A stretch of 64,000 nt of DNA from a virus. Where the stretch lies: IMG/VR virus record IMGVR_UViG_3300027801_001493, positions 32,001 to 96,000 of that record; one strand, given 5' to 3'. Position numbers and translations under genes: made by a program. The notes below the pieces were generated by a model that saw only the letters and a program-made list of their open reading frames with translations, did no database searches and was not told the DNA's origin. Shown here piece after piece: positions 48,205-57,015 of the stretch (position 1 is its first letter; each line of letters starts with the position of its first letter).

Positions 48205-48990
48205 CTAACGGATTTTTTTATTTGTTTCGACTGCCTTTTTAAGCATATTAAGTTTAATATTCTTATCATGTGCATACTTTAAAAGTGCTTCTGTATCTTT
48301 GGGGAAACAATGTCCTCCAAAGCCAAGTTCTCCGTCTGGACCTGGTACCTGCATATGGCTACCGCCTATACGTGGATCTCTTGTTAGCATGTCTGTAAAC
48401 TGTTCCCAACTAACCATACTACTGCCACTGTTATGTAACTTATGTAAGTCATTAAAGAACATTACTTTAGTTGCTAAGTAACTGTTAATAGTATATTTGA
48501 GTAGACTCGCTGTTGTTAAATCTGTTTTAAATGTAGGAACAATCTTAACTGAACTGTGTCTAAGATATGCTTTTTCTACTACTTCACAGTCTCTCCATTT
48601 ACCACCTAACACTTGCATATTAGGATTTTTAAAATCTTCGTTTGCATTTGCTTCTGTGAGGAACTCTGGATTATAAACTATTTTTAGTTCGTATTCTTTT
48701 TTAAATTCCTGTAAATAGTCTGGTATAACTGTACTCTTAATTACTACAACACCCTTGTACTGAAGTCTATTAAGCTCTGAGAGTACATCATTTGCTATGG
48801 TTGTATCACAACTACCATCTTCTGCAACTGGTGTAGGGACACAAACAAATATTAGTTTGCAATCATGCAAGTCATTTATAGTGTTATCTGTGTACTTAGG
48901 GTCTACAATAACTTGCTCACAGTCTTTATCGAATCCGTTTGCTACTGCTGAGCCTACAAATCCTTTACCTATGATTCCTAACTTTAACAT
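48205..48990 (-). CDS. ugd: UDP-glucose/GDP-mannose dehydrogenase family, lacking C-terminal domain
   Basis: GIIGKGFVG, FVCVPTP, IKSTV, YNPEFL, KYTINSYLA, GFGGHCFPKD. Confidence 0.82.
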   Translation of the reverse strand: MLKLGIIGKGFVGSAVANGFDKDCEQVIVDPKYTDNTINDLHDCKLIFVCVPTPVAEDGSCDTTIANDVLSELNRLQYKGVVVIKSTVIPDYLQEFKKEYELKIVYNPEFLTEANANEDFKNPNMQVLGGKWRDCEVVEKAYLRHSSVKIVPTFKTDLTTASLLKYTINSYLATKVMFFNDLHKLHNSGSSMVSWEQFTDMLTRDPRIGGSHMQVPGPDGELGFGGHCFPKDTEALLKYAHDKNIKLNMLKKAVETNKKIR

Positions 48991-49262
48991 TATACGTTGC
49001 CTTTAATCCGTTCTATTATATAGCGGTCTTCGTATGGCTCATCGCCAACATACTCTGGTGCATTAACTAATGCCTTATCCACTCTCATTTTAATATCCCA
49101 TAGTCGACGTTTCATGTCACTGCCGGTCCAGCCATCATTACGTGGGTTCTTCATTTCATGTTCTAGTTCCCATATAATATGTAGGGCTTCGTCGCTGTTA
49201 GGGATAATCATTCCTTCTCTGTTATAATATATTCGCTCATTGTGAGCATTGTTTTTATTCAC
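48990..49262 (-). CDS. Small hypothetical protein
   Basis: Coupled ORF. Confidence 0.6.
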   Translation of the reverse strand: MNKNNAHNERIYYNREGMIIPNSDEALHIIWELEHEMKNPRNDGWTGSDMKRRLWDIKMRVDKALVNAPEYVGDEPYEDRYIIERIKGNV

Positions 49263-50304
49263 CTACCTGTAAGTTTTCAAAAACTGTATTATGTGTTGAC
49301 TTACATTGTACAAAAGTTGTACACTTAGATAAATTCTTTAATTTGTCGGCACCAACGTAAGTGCAACCACTACGCAAACCTCCAAGTAAGTCTGTGACAA
49401 CATTGGTAACTGGACCTTTACGAGGTATTCGTACAATTCTGCCTTCACTTGTTCTATGATCCTGTACTCCACCTGTATTCTCCTGTGCTTGAGTAGTGCT
49501 ACTACCGTAAAATTCTATTGTATTTGATTCACCGTCTATCTTGCCGCCTTCGTCACAACCTGCCATCATGCCACCTAGCATAACAAAGTCTGCTCCGGCA
49601 CCAAATGCCTTAACTACATCTCCAGGACTACTACAGCCGCCATCAGCAATGATGTGTCCGCCAAGACCATGAGCGGCATCGGCACACTCAATAACGGCTG
49701 ATAATTGCGGATACCCAACACCTGTCTTAATACGAGTAGTACAAACACTACCAGGCCCAATGCCAACTTTAACGATATCTGCTCCACGTAATAATAACTC
49801 CTCAGTTAAGTCTGCTGTAACTACGTTACCAGCAATAATTGTAAGTTCTGGATACTGGTCTCTAAACCTTGCTACAAAGTCTAAAAATCGTTCGCTGTAC
49901 CCATTTGCAACATCAATACACACATATTTTATACTGCGTGATAGTTTGATAGTTGCGTCTATTCGTTCTTTGTCTATATCTGTAATGCCTGTGCTTATTG
50001 CTATGTTTCTGCATAGGTCTGGTTTGTGTACATGATTGCCTAACCAATTCCAAATGTCTGCTGGCTGGTAGTTTTTATCTAAACATGTAAACATCGGCTT
50101 TCTAACAAGTTCTTCTGCCATTGCAAATGTGCCAACGCCTTGCATGTTAGCCGCCATAATAGGAATACCTTCCCATTCTTTACCGCTGTTCCTAAATTTG
50201 TATCTACGTTTTAAGTCAACGTCTTTACGACTGCCCACAGTACTTCGTTTGGGTCTAAGTAAAACGTCATTGTAATCTAATTTTACGTCTGCTTCTATTC
50301 TCAT
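49255..50304 (-). CDS. guaC: GMP reductase
   Basis: [52 protein letters not shown]; no CBS domains. Confidence 0.9.
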   Translation of the reverse strand: MRIEADVKLDYNDVLLRPKRSTVGSRKDVDLKRRYKFRNSGKEWEGIPIMAANMQGVGTFAMAEELVRKPMFTCLDKNYQPADIWNWLGNHVHKPDLCRNIAISTGITDIDKERIDATIKLSRSIKYVCIDVANGYSERFLDFVARFRDQYPELTIIAGNVVTADLTEELLLRGADIVKVGIGPGSVCTTRIKTGVGYPQLSAVIECADAAHGLGGHIIADGGCSSPGDVVKAFGAGADFVMLGGMMAGCDEGGKIDGESNTIEFYGSSTTQAQENTGGVQDHRTSEGRIVRIPRKGPVTNVVTDLLGGLRSGCTYVGADKLKNLSKCTTFVQCKSTHNTVFENLQVGE

Positions 50305-50627
50305 TTTGTTGGAATTCCTAAGCCTTGTCTAATAACGTCATCTTCTTTTACAAACACTCCATCAATCATCATGCCTTTACGATCCTTGATATCATCGTAT
50401 GCTTTTTGTAAACATTGAGTAAGTGTTAATTCATTACGTTCAGCTATGTTAATTAACACAACCATCATGTCACCTATGTCATCACTGATGTCTCTTTCTT
50501 TGCAAATGTTGTCTGACAACTCACCTGCTTCTTGTATAAGTTTAGCAAATTGTGTTTTGTCATCCGATCCTTCTATAAGGTTTCTATCGTAATGCCATTT
50601 AGTAATTAGTCTAACTAGTTCTTCCAT
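50301..50627 (-). CDS. MazG-like nucleotide pyrophosphohydrolase
   Basis: KLIQEAGEL, DDIGDMMVVL, AYDDIKDRKG. Confidence 0.8.
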   Translation of the reverse strand: MEELVRLITKWHYDRNLIEGSDDKTQFAKLIQEAGELSDNICKERDISDDIGDMMVVLINIAERNELTLTQCLQKAYDDIKDRKGMMIDGVFVKEDDVIRQGLGIPTK

Positions 50628-51004
50628 TCGAGTGTATCTCCAAATTCTTCAATATGTGCTGATTCCATTTCACCATACTTTTCTTTATAGTCGGGTCCTA
50701 AGAAATACATAACTGCTTTACCCTCAGTTGTTTCTGTTGGTATCTTATTGTAAAAGTCTGGATAACCTTCTATAGCATCTAACTGATCCATTACTTCATC
50801 GTTTACTAACCAAACTTCGCCTTTAATCTTTTTTGATCCGCCCATAACTACACCTGGAAATGCACCCAAGTCCATCATATCATAATCTGGATATACAGTT
50901 GTAGCCATACCCACAATCTCTACCTTGTCTGGTCCAAAGCCATTAAGACCTCTAATTTCTCCGCCACTTTTAAGTGTGCCGTAAACAAATACCTTGTTAT
51001 TCAT
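50615..51004 (-). CDS. Gamma-glutamylcyclotransferase (AIG2-like)
   Basis: VFVYGTLK, FPG, GEVW, LDAIEG. Confidence 0.82.
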   Translation of the reverse strand: MNNKVFVYGTLKSGGEIRGLNGFGPDKVEIVGMATTVYPDYDMMDLGAFPGVVMGGSKKIKGEVWLVNDEVMDQLDAIEGYPDFYNKIPTETTEGKAVMYFLGPDYKEKYGEMESAHIEEFGDTLEWKN

Positions 51005-51236
51005 ATTCTTTCCTACTGTCTAAATCAATAATCTTTGTTTCTAGTGCTTTAATTCTAGCATTCATCCCAGAGATAATAATACTTGTATCCTGGTCTACAA
51101 TGGTTGAATCTAACGCAATCCTGTCATTTTGTAGATTTTCAATTTCTGTTTGTTGCTCTTTAACGGTCTTTTCTAAGTCAGAACACAATGTTATTAGTTC
51201 TGCTTTAGTCATTTGTGTTTTAGATTTTTTGCTCAT
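50997..51236 (-). CDS. Small coiled-coil protein
   Basis: Heptad pattern; ATG at predicted +1 of a promoter. Confidence 0.6.
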   Translation of the reverse strand: MSKKSKTQMTKAELITLCSDLEKTVKEQQTEIENLQNDRIALDSTIVDQDTSIIISGMNARIKALETKIIDLDSRKEYE

Positions 51237-51242
51237 AGGTTA

Positions 51243-51271
51243 ATTATACTGCATTCCTTAGTTATTGTCAA
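51243..51271 (-). promoter_or_regulatory. sigma70-type promoter; ATG at predicted +1
   Basis: TTGACA-N17-TATAAT-N6-ATG. Confidence 0.8.
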
Positions 51272-51890
51272 GTAAATTATTATATATTTTATACTCTGGT
51301 GCCAAGTATTCCATAATTGCATCTTTATGTGGCGTTAGTTCTTGTGCTATTTGCTGTTTGTGTTCATCTACAGTTTGGTTTACTTTGAGTATATTCATAC
51401 CTTGTTTGTTAAACCATTCTGTGAGGTTGTCTGTTTTTACTACAGTTAAAGATTTATACAGCATGTGTTCTGTGATATACAACCAATTTGCTGTATGTCC
51501 ATCATCATAACTATAATTACCAATTGTGAATCCATTGTCAATGCTGTTTGTATTTGTTCTTGTTAATTGACAAAATGCACTAACATATCTTTGCCATGGA
51601 TCTCTAATTATTAAAACAACGTCAGTATCTTTCCAAAATGCATTATCGAAAGGTATGTTATCTTGACTTGGTAATTCATTTGGGTACACAGTTCTGTCTA
51701 TAAGGTAGTTACTGTTTCCACGTGGAGGTACTTTAGGACTTAGTGGGTCTGGATTACCATGCTGGTATATTGTGCTACTAGAGTAATTTTTCCAATCATC
51801 GTAATCATTAAATAGATTAGACAAAGACATTAATCCGCATTTACGAGCGGAAATTATAACTTTGTTTTCCTTCTCGTTTAAAAAAATCAT
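51258..51890 (-). CDS. Sulfotransferase-like protein
   Basis: RKCGLMSL (5'-PSB-like), IRDPWQRYVSAF (3'-PB-like), DGH, KVNQT. Confidence 0.55.
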   Translation of the reverse strand: MIFLNEKENKVIISARKCGLMSLSNLFNDYDDWKNYSSSTIYQHGNPDPLSPKVPPRGNSNYLIDRTVYPNELPSQDNIPFDNAFWKDTDVVLIIRDPWQRYVSAFCQLTRTNTNSIDNGFTIGNYSYDDGHTANWLYITEHMLYKSLTVVKTDNLTEWFNKQGMNILKVNQTVDEHKQQIAQELTPHKDAIMEYLAPEYKIYNNLLDNN

Positions 51891-52832
51891 TTAGTATTCC
51901 AATTTGTCTGTGTCTTTTAACTTAGTGTACTTGTCAAAATAGTCATCTACCATGTTGTCATAATGGAATGTAATCCTATGTAGTACTCTATTTGCAATTA
52001 CTTCAGGTTCCCATTCTACTCTTTTATGTAGTGTTAGTACTTGGTCTGATATAACAATATCGCCAGGATGCCATTCATGTTCATATATGTATTTGTGTTG
52101 GAAACAATGTTCCATTAATAATTTTTTAAGTTCTTTATCTTCGAAAGTACAGTTGTTATGATAATGGAAGTATAAACCTTTCTTACCATTAAAGCCTTCG
52201 TGTACCAAAGGCATTGTGTACTTGTGGTCAACTAATCCAAAACCTTTCATCATTTGTAGTTGTGGAGTTGCTACACCTTTTGCCCAATTTTCAGGAGCAT
52301 ATTCATAGTTGCCTATAACACCTTCGCAACGTGCTTTTAATTCATCTGGCATATCATCGTATGCTTTTACAGTATCCATAAATGCTGTATGTGTTCCTTC
52401 ACTGTGCCAAGCACCTTGTAAAGCAACACCTCTGGCTCTATCCATATCACCATTCATATTACTGTGCCAATCTAGTTCTCCGTTGCCAAAGATACCAGTT
52501 GGTAAACCTTTTTCTGTTTTCTTGCCTGTTACTCGTTGTAGTGGGAAGTCATTGTCCTCACCTTCAAATGTAAATGGATCTACATATTCAAGATTGCCTA
52601 TGTTAGCACCATCTTGTTTCCATAGCATTTGTTTCCAATTAGCAAAGCCACCCATCTTGTGACATAACTTTGCAAATGGTACTGTTTCAAATGGTTGTTT
52701 GACAAAAGCAATTAACAAGTTGTCTAAGTATATCTCATTAATGTCTTGATAGTCTTGTTCTGTAAGTTTTGATATGTTGCAGTCTATTAGAACTCCTGCA
52801 TTTACTAATGGTATTACTTTCATTTTACTCAC
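51891..52832 (-). CDS. TauD/TfdA-family 2-oxoglutarate/Fe(II) dioxygenase-like protein
   Basis: LDWHSN, TAFMD, PLVH, WHPGDIVISDQVLTLHKR, RVLHRI. Confidence 0.75.
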   Translation of the reverse strand: MSKMKVIPLVNAGVLIDCNISKLTEQDYQDINEIYLDNLLIAFVKQPFETVPFAKLCHKMGGFANWKQMLWKQDGANIGNLEYVDPFTFEGEDNDFPLQRVTGKKTEKGLPTGIFGNGELDWHSNMNGDMDRARGVALQGAWHSEGTHTAFMDTVKAYDDMPDELKARCEGVIGNYEYAPENWAKGVATPQLQMMKGFGLVDHKYTMPLVHEGFNGKKGLYFHYHNNCTFEDKELKKLLMEHCFQHKYIYEHEWHPGDIVISDQVLTLHKRVEWEPEVIANRVLHRITFHYDNMVDDYFDKYTKLKDTDKLEY

Positions 52833-53331
52833 TTAAATGTTCGACTACGCATCCACTCTTTTCTAAAAAGTCTCTGCCTGATCCTTTGGCGGCATCATAT
52901 GTATTTTTAAAATATACTTCTGATATGCCTGATTGAAATATTAATTTAGCACATTCTATACAAGGCTCGTGTGTACAAAATAGTACAGCATCCTTACAAC
53001 TTTCACTGCTTTGTGCTACTTTGGCTATTGCATTTGTTTCTGCATGTAGCACTTCTGGTTTTGTTTTTAATTTGCTCCAAGTATTACCATGTGGTGAACT
53101 ATGCATAACAGCACCATCACCAATAAACTTGTCTCTCATGTGAGGAATATCATTCCATGTATCAGTAGTTTCGCATTCATTAGTCCATCCGCTAGGCATA
53201 CCATTGTAACCTATACTAATAATTCTGTTGTCTTTAACAATAATAGCACCTACTTGGGCACGTTTGGCAGTACTAAGTTCTGCAAACTGTTCTGCTACTT
53301 TTATATAGACTTCTTTAAATTTATCCTTCAC
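52825..53331 (-). CDS. dCMP deaminase
   Basis: VGAIIVKDNRIISIGYNG, HAETNAI, PCIECAK. Confidence 0.9.
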   Translation of the reverse strand: MKDKFKEVYIKVAEQFAELSTAKRAQVGAIIVKDNRIISIGYNGMPSGWTNECETTDTWNDIPHMRDKFIGDGAVMHSSPHGNTWSKLKTKPEVLHAETNAIAKVAQSSESCKDAVLFCTHEPCIECAKLIFQSGISEVYFKNTYDAAKGSGRDFLEKSGCVVEHLSE

Positions 53332-54542
53332 TTGTTATACTCGGTTGTTATACTAACTGCCGCACTTCTTCCACCAAACCCAAATGATGTTTTAAACATC
53401 CTGTTGTACTTTGCTTCTTTTACTTCTGTTGGTAAGTTAAAGTGTCCGTCGTCTGTAAACGGATTTGTTAAATTTGCATTAGCTGGTATGAATCCTTCGA
53501 CCATTGCTTCTGCACCTAATACAATTTCTGCAAGTCCACTAGCACCCATCATATGGCCCACTTGTCCTTTGTTGCCGTACAAGTGACTTCCTTCTGGAAA
53601 GTAATCTTTCAACACGTTATACTCTACAGGATCACCAAATGGCGTACTTGTGGCATGTGCATTTAAAACTGTATATTCGTCAGCACTTGCACCGGCTTGC
53701 TTTAATGCTTTATCAATAGCAATCCTGGCTCCAGTGCCGTCTAAATCTGGTTGTGTTGCATGGGCTCCATCGTTAGCAATGCCTAATCCATCAACTACCC
53801 AACGTATATTTGCTCCACGCTCTTGTGCAAGTTCCAATGGTTCTACTACTAGATAAACACTACCTTCTCCCATAACAAAACCATCTCTGCTTTCGTCCCA
53901 AGGAACACTTCTGCCTGTTGGACTAATTGCTCCTAACAGTTGGAAGTATATAGTACTCATTGAACTTGTCATGAAATCTGTTCCACCTACAATAGCACTT
54001 GTATAGCCTTCTGTTTGCATATACTTCTTTGCTATATCCAGTGCTTGTAACCCGCTAATACATGTTCCGCTAGTACCCATACTAGGCCCATGTAACTTGT
54101 AATGACTGCTTATATGGTTGCTAACGTACTCATGTGAGCTACTTAACAGTATCTGAGGATGTACTTTACGTCTTTTATCATTTAGAATTTGTCCGTACCT
54201 TGCTAGGTTTGGTGCACCGCCTCTAATAGTACCAACTATCACTGGTGTGTCTTGTGGTAAGTCTAATCCACTTTGTTTAACTGCATGGTCAACTGCAATC
54301 ATACTGGTAACTACAGTAGGATCTATCCAACGTTTGTCTTTCTTTTTGATGAGATGCTCAATGTCTACATCGTCATAATTACAATGGAATGCTTTTTCTA
54401 CTTCTAGTATCCAGTCACTGAAATGACCTTGTTGCCTGTAATCAGTTATGGGTACTTCGAGTGCCTTTAAGTTTCTGATATTTTCAGAGAGTGTATTGCC
54501 CAAAGGCGAGACGATACCTACTCCAGTAATTGCAAGTTTCAT
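53328..54542 (-). CDS. fabF: 3-oxoacyl-ACP synthase II (ketosynthase)
   Basis: ITGVGIVSPLG, GTCISG (Cys), MGEGS, NAHATST (His), KGQVGH (His), SFGFGG. Confidence 0.88.
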   Translation of the reverse strand: MKLAITGVGIVSPLGNTLSENIRNLKALEVPITDYRQQGHFSDWILEVEKAFHCNYDDVDIEHLIKKKDKRWIDPTVVTSMIAVDHAVKQSGLDLPQDTPVIVGTIRGGAPNLARYGQILNDKRRKVHPQILLSSSHEYVSNHISSHYKLHGPSMGTSGTCISGLQALDIAKKYMQTEGYTSAIVGGTDFMTSSMSTIYFQLLGAISPTGRSVPWDESRDGFVMGEGSVYLVVEPLELAQERGANIRWVVDGLGIANDGAHATQPDLDGTGARIAIDKALKQAGASADEYTVLNAHATSTPFGDPVEYNVLKDYFPEGSHLYGNKGQVGHMMGASGLAEIVLGAEAMVEGFIPANANLTNPFTDDGHFNLPTEVKEAKYNRMFKTSFGFGGRSAAVSITTEYNK

Positions 54543-54612
54543 AAACGTATTTACCGTGAAATATTAGAGGTAAGGATACAGAATTGGTAACCTTATTTTG
54601 AATTTAAAGGGA

Positions 54613-55464
54613 TTAAGACTTTTTGATTAATGCGCCTTGCCAAAAACCTGAATTATCTGATTCTGAATTTAAACACCATTCTGATGTCCAATTCTTGCCA
54701 GTTAATGTCATAGGGTTCATAGCGGCCCAAAATGCTTCATTTACATTTGGAATGTGGAAGTTTAATATTGCCATAACTTCACCTGTTTCCATCTTATTAA
54801 AGATTGTTGCAAACATTTTTGTTTGTGTATACACGTCTAATTCTGGGAAGCCCATGTTAGGTATCCAAGGATTAATAACCCAAACATCAGGATTAAAAGT
54901 TCCTGCTGTTGTAGAGTCACCTAGTTTGGTTCCATCATGTGCAACACACAATGATTCACTTGCCCATGTTCTTGTTAACTGTGAGATTTCATTCATTGTC
55001 AATGTTGGTACTGCGTCTGCAAGTGTAATAGTGGTAATTAACTCTGGGTCTGCATCTGGATCTGTATACGGATCAAAGTATTTAACGGAAACTGCTTCTG
55101 CGGCTTCGTTATAAACTACTTCTGCTGTTGCTGATGTATCATGTTTAAATACGTTTGCTACATTTCCTGTATTAGAAAAGTAATCACTGGTTGTTAGGAA
55201 TGTATCAATATATGTATCTGATGTAACAATTTTAACGCCTGCTTGGTTACTTGCATTGTCTACAATAAACTTTGCAGTTTTACCTGTTGCCGCATACGGT
55301 TCAACTATGTTAAGTACTTCTCCAGTAGCCATCTTTTCTACTACTGATTGAATTAATTTACCTTGTAGTTCTGTTAGTGTTCCATCAAGTAAATCATCCC
55401 ATGTAAACGCGGTATCATCGATTGCATCAATTTCTGCCGCTGTTGGTAATGTCATATTAGCCAT
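54613..55464 (-). CDS. Hypothetical protein, possibly degenerate MTase fold
   Basis: LNIVEPYAATGKTA motif I-like; acidic; TAAATA and SD upstream. Confidence 0.5.
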   Translation of the reverse strand: MANMTLPTAAEIDAIDDTAFTWDDLLDGTLTELQGKLIQSVVEKMATGEVLNIVEPYAATGKTAKFIVDNASNQAGVKIVTSDTYIDTFLTTSDYFSNTGNVANVFKHDTSATAEVVYNEAAEAVSVKYFDPYTDPDADPELITTITLADAVPTLTMNEISQLTRTWASESLCVAHDGTKLGDSTTAGTFNPDVWVINPWIPNMGFPELDVYTQTKMFATIFNKMETGEVMAILNFHIPNVNEAFWAAMNPMTLTGKNWTSEWCLNSESDNSGFWQGALIKKS

Positions 55465-55497
55465 TCTTTTCTCCAGTGTTAAATGCTTTTACACTTG

Positions 55498-56412
55498 TTA
55501 TTTATCATTTAATGGCAGTAACTCTACGATATTAGGAAACTCAATTACAAGTTTATGCATTTCTTCCATAGTAAAATCTTCTGCAACTTCGCCTAGCCTA
55601 ATTCTGCCTACCCTATATTCTGGTGCTGTAAACGGTAAAGGAACATTATGCTCATTGCACCACGCATAATATTCTTCCATTTTCCAATAATCCTGCTCTT
55701 CTGTATTCTTAAATTGTGGACCTTGGTCAAAATTCATTGCAAATGCTGGAGCATACGTTGTTTGTTGTCTTAATTCATCTGCATGTTCTGTTGCTAATAC
55801 TACATCTGATGTGCCAAAACATGCCGCTAAATCCTTGCCAACTGTATTATAATCTAACTCTAAAAATCCCCACATACCCCATGGTAGTTTTGAGTCAAAG
55901 TCCTCATCTGTTATTGTTAAGTCTATACCCTCTAATATGTGCGGTCTATAATATTCTTGCTTTGCCACAATAAGAACTTTATCCATATCAGTTGGAACTG
56001 TTTCTAATGTGTGTACTAGTATATTAACACGTTCTAGTAGTTCTTGTGTTTCACTACCTTTGCCATGCTCTTCTGTAAACTGTTGAAATATTAAATGTAA
56101 TTGATTTAGTCTTTCTGGTTGTAAATGTGGCTCTAAATTTAAGTCTAACAAACAAGTTAGCGGTATACTACATAGACCTAACTGGTTTACTTTGTTAATA
56201 ACAGAGTTCATTTCCTCTGCTAATACACTTGCACTATTGTTATCTTGGTTAAAAGTTTGGTCTATTCTATATAGAACATTACTGTTGGGTTCCGCTCTTG
56301 CTATCTCCAACGACTCCATAACTTTCTTTGCTATAGGTGTATCGTATAGTTTAAAATCTAGGTAACGTTTATCATTACCGATTTCACTCTGTAGTATTAT
56401 TCTCAGTTTCAT
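55498..56412 (-). CDS. Hypothetical protein
   Basis: 304-aa ORF overlapping the peroxiredoxin end. Confidence 0.65.
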   Translation of the reverse strand: MKLRIILQSEIGNDKRYLDFKLYDTPIAKKVMESLEIARAEPNSNVLYRIDQTFNQDNNSASVLAEEMNSVINKVNQLGLCSIPLTCLLDLNLEPHLQPERLNQLHLIFQQFTEEHGKGSETQELLERVNILVHTLETVPTDMDKVLIVAKQEYYRPHILEGIDLTITDEDFDSKLPWGMWGFLELDYNTVGKDLAACFGTSDVVLATEHADELRQQTTYAPAFAMNFDQGPQFKNTEEQDYWKMEEYYAWCNEHNVPLPFTAPEYRVGRIRLGEVAEDFTMEEMHKLVIEFPNIVELLPLNDK

Positions 56413-56986
56413 CTTGTTGAGCCATGTCTTCTTGTTGTTCTGCTAATGCTTGTCTTCTAACATCTTTAATTCCTGTTAAATAATTAAGCATTGATGTTGC
56501 ATCACTTACATCAAATGGATCGCCGGCATAGTTATCTTCTTTGCCTTGCTCTACAAAAATCATTTCAATATAACCATTGTCTACGACCATTGAATATCTG
56601 TGGCTTCTTAATCCAAAGTTTACTGCTTCTTTCTTAACAAGCATACCCATATTTCTAGAAAAGTCACCGTTGCCATCTGCGATTGGTTTAACATTTTCTA
56701 TACCTAAACTATCTAACCATGCATTCATAACAAATGAATCATTAACACTTAGACAAAAAACTTCGTCTACGTCCTGATCAATAATGTCATCATAGTTTGC
56801 TTCGTATCCAGGTAAATGTGTACTACTACATGTTGGTGTAAATGCTCCAGGTAGTGAAAATACCACAACTCGCTTACCACCGAATAAATCTTCTGTGTTC
56901 TCACTGATCCAGTCAAAGTCTACTCTGCCTTCTGGAATGCCTCTTCTGTTAAACTGTACCATAGGTACGGTCATCTCTACTGCCAT
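56384..56986 (-). CDS. Peroxiredoxin (Prx5/PGdx type)
   Basis: FSLPGAFTPTCSSTHLPGY, SVNDSFVMNAW, DGNGDF, RYSMVVDNG. Confidence 0.92.
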   Translation of the reverse strand: MAVEMTVPMVQFNRRGIPEGRVDFDWISENTEDLFGGKRVVVFSLPGAFTPTCSSTHLPGYEANYDDIIDQDVDEVFCLSVNDSFVMNAWLDSLGIENVKPIADGNGDFSRNMGMLVKKEAVNFGLRSHRYSMVVDNGYIEMIFVEQGKEDNYAGDPFDVSDATSMLNYLTGIKDVRRQALAEQQEDMAQQDETENNTTE

Positions 56987-57015
56987 GTCTATCTCCGATT
57001 TTTTAAAATGTACTA

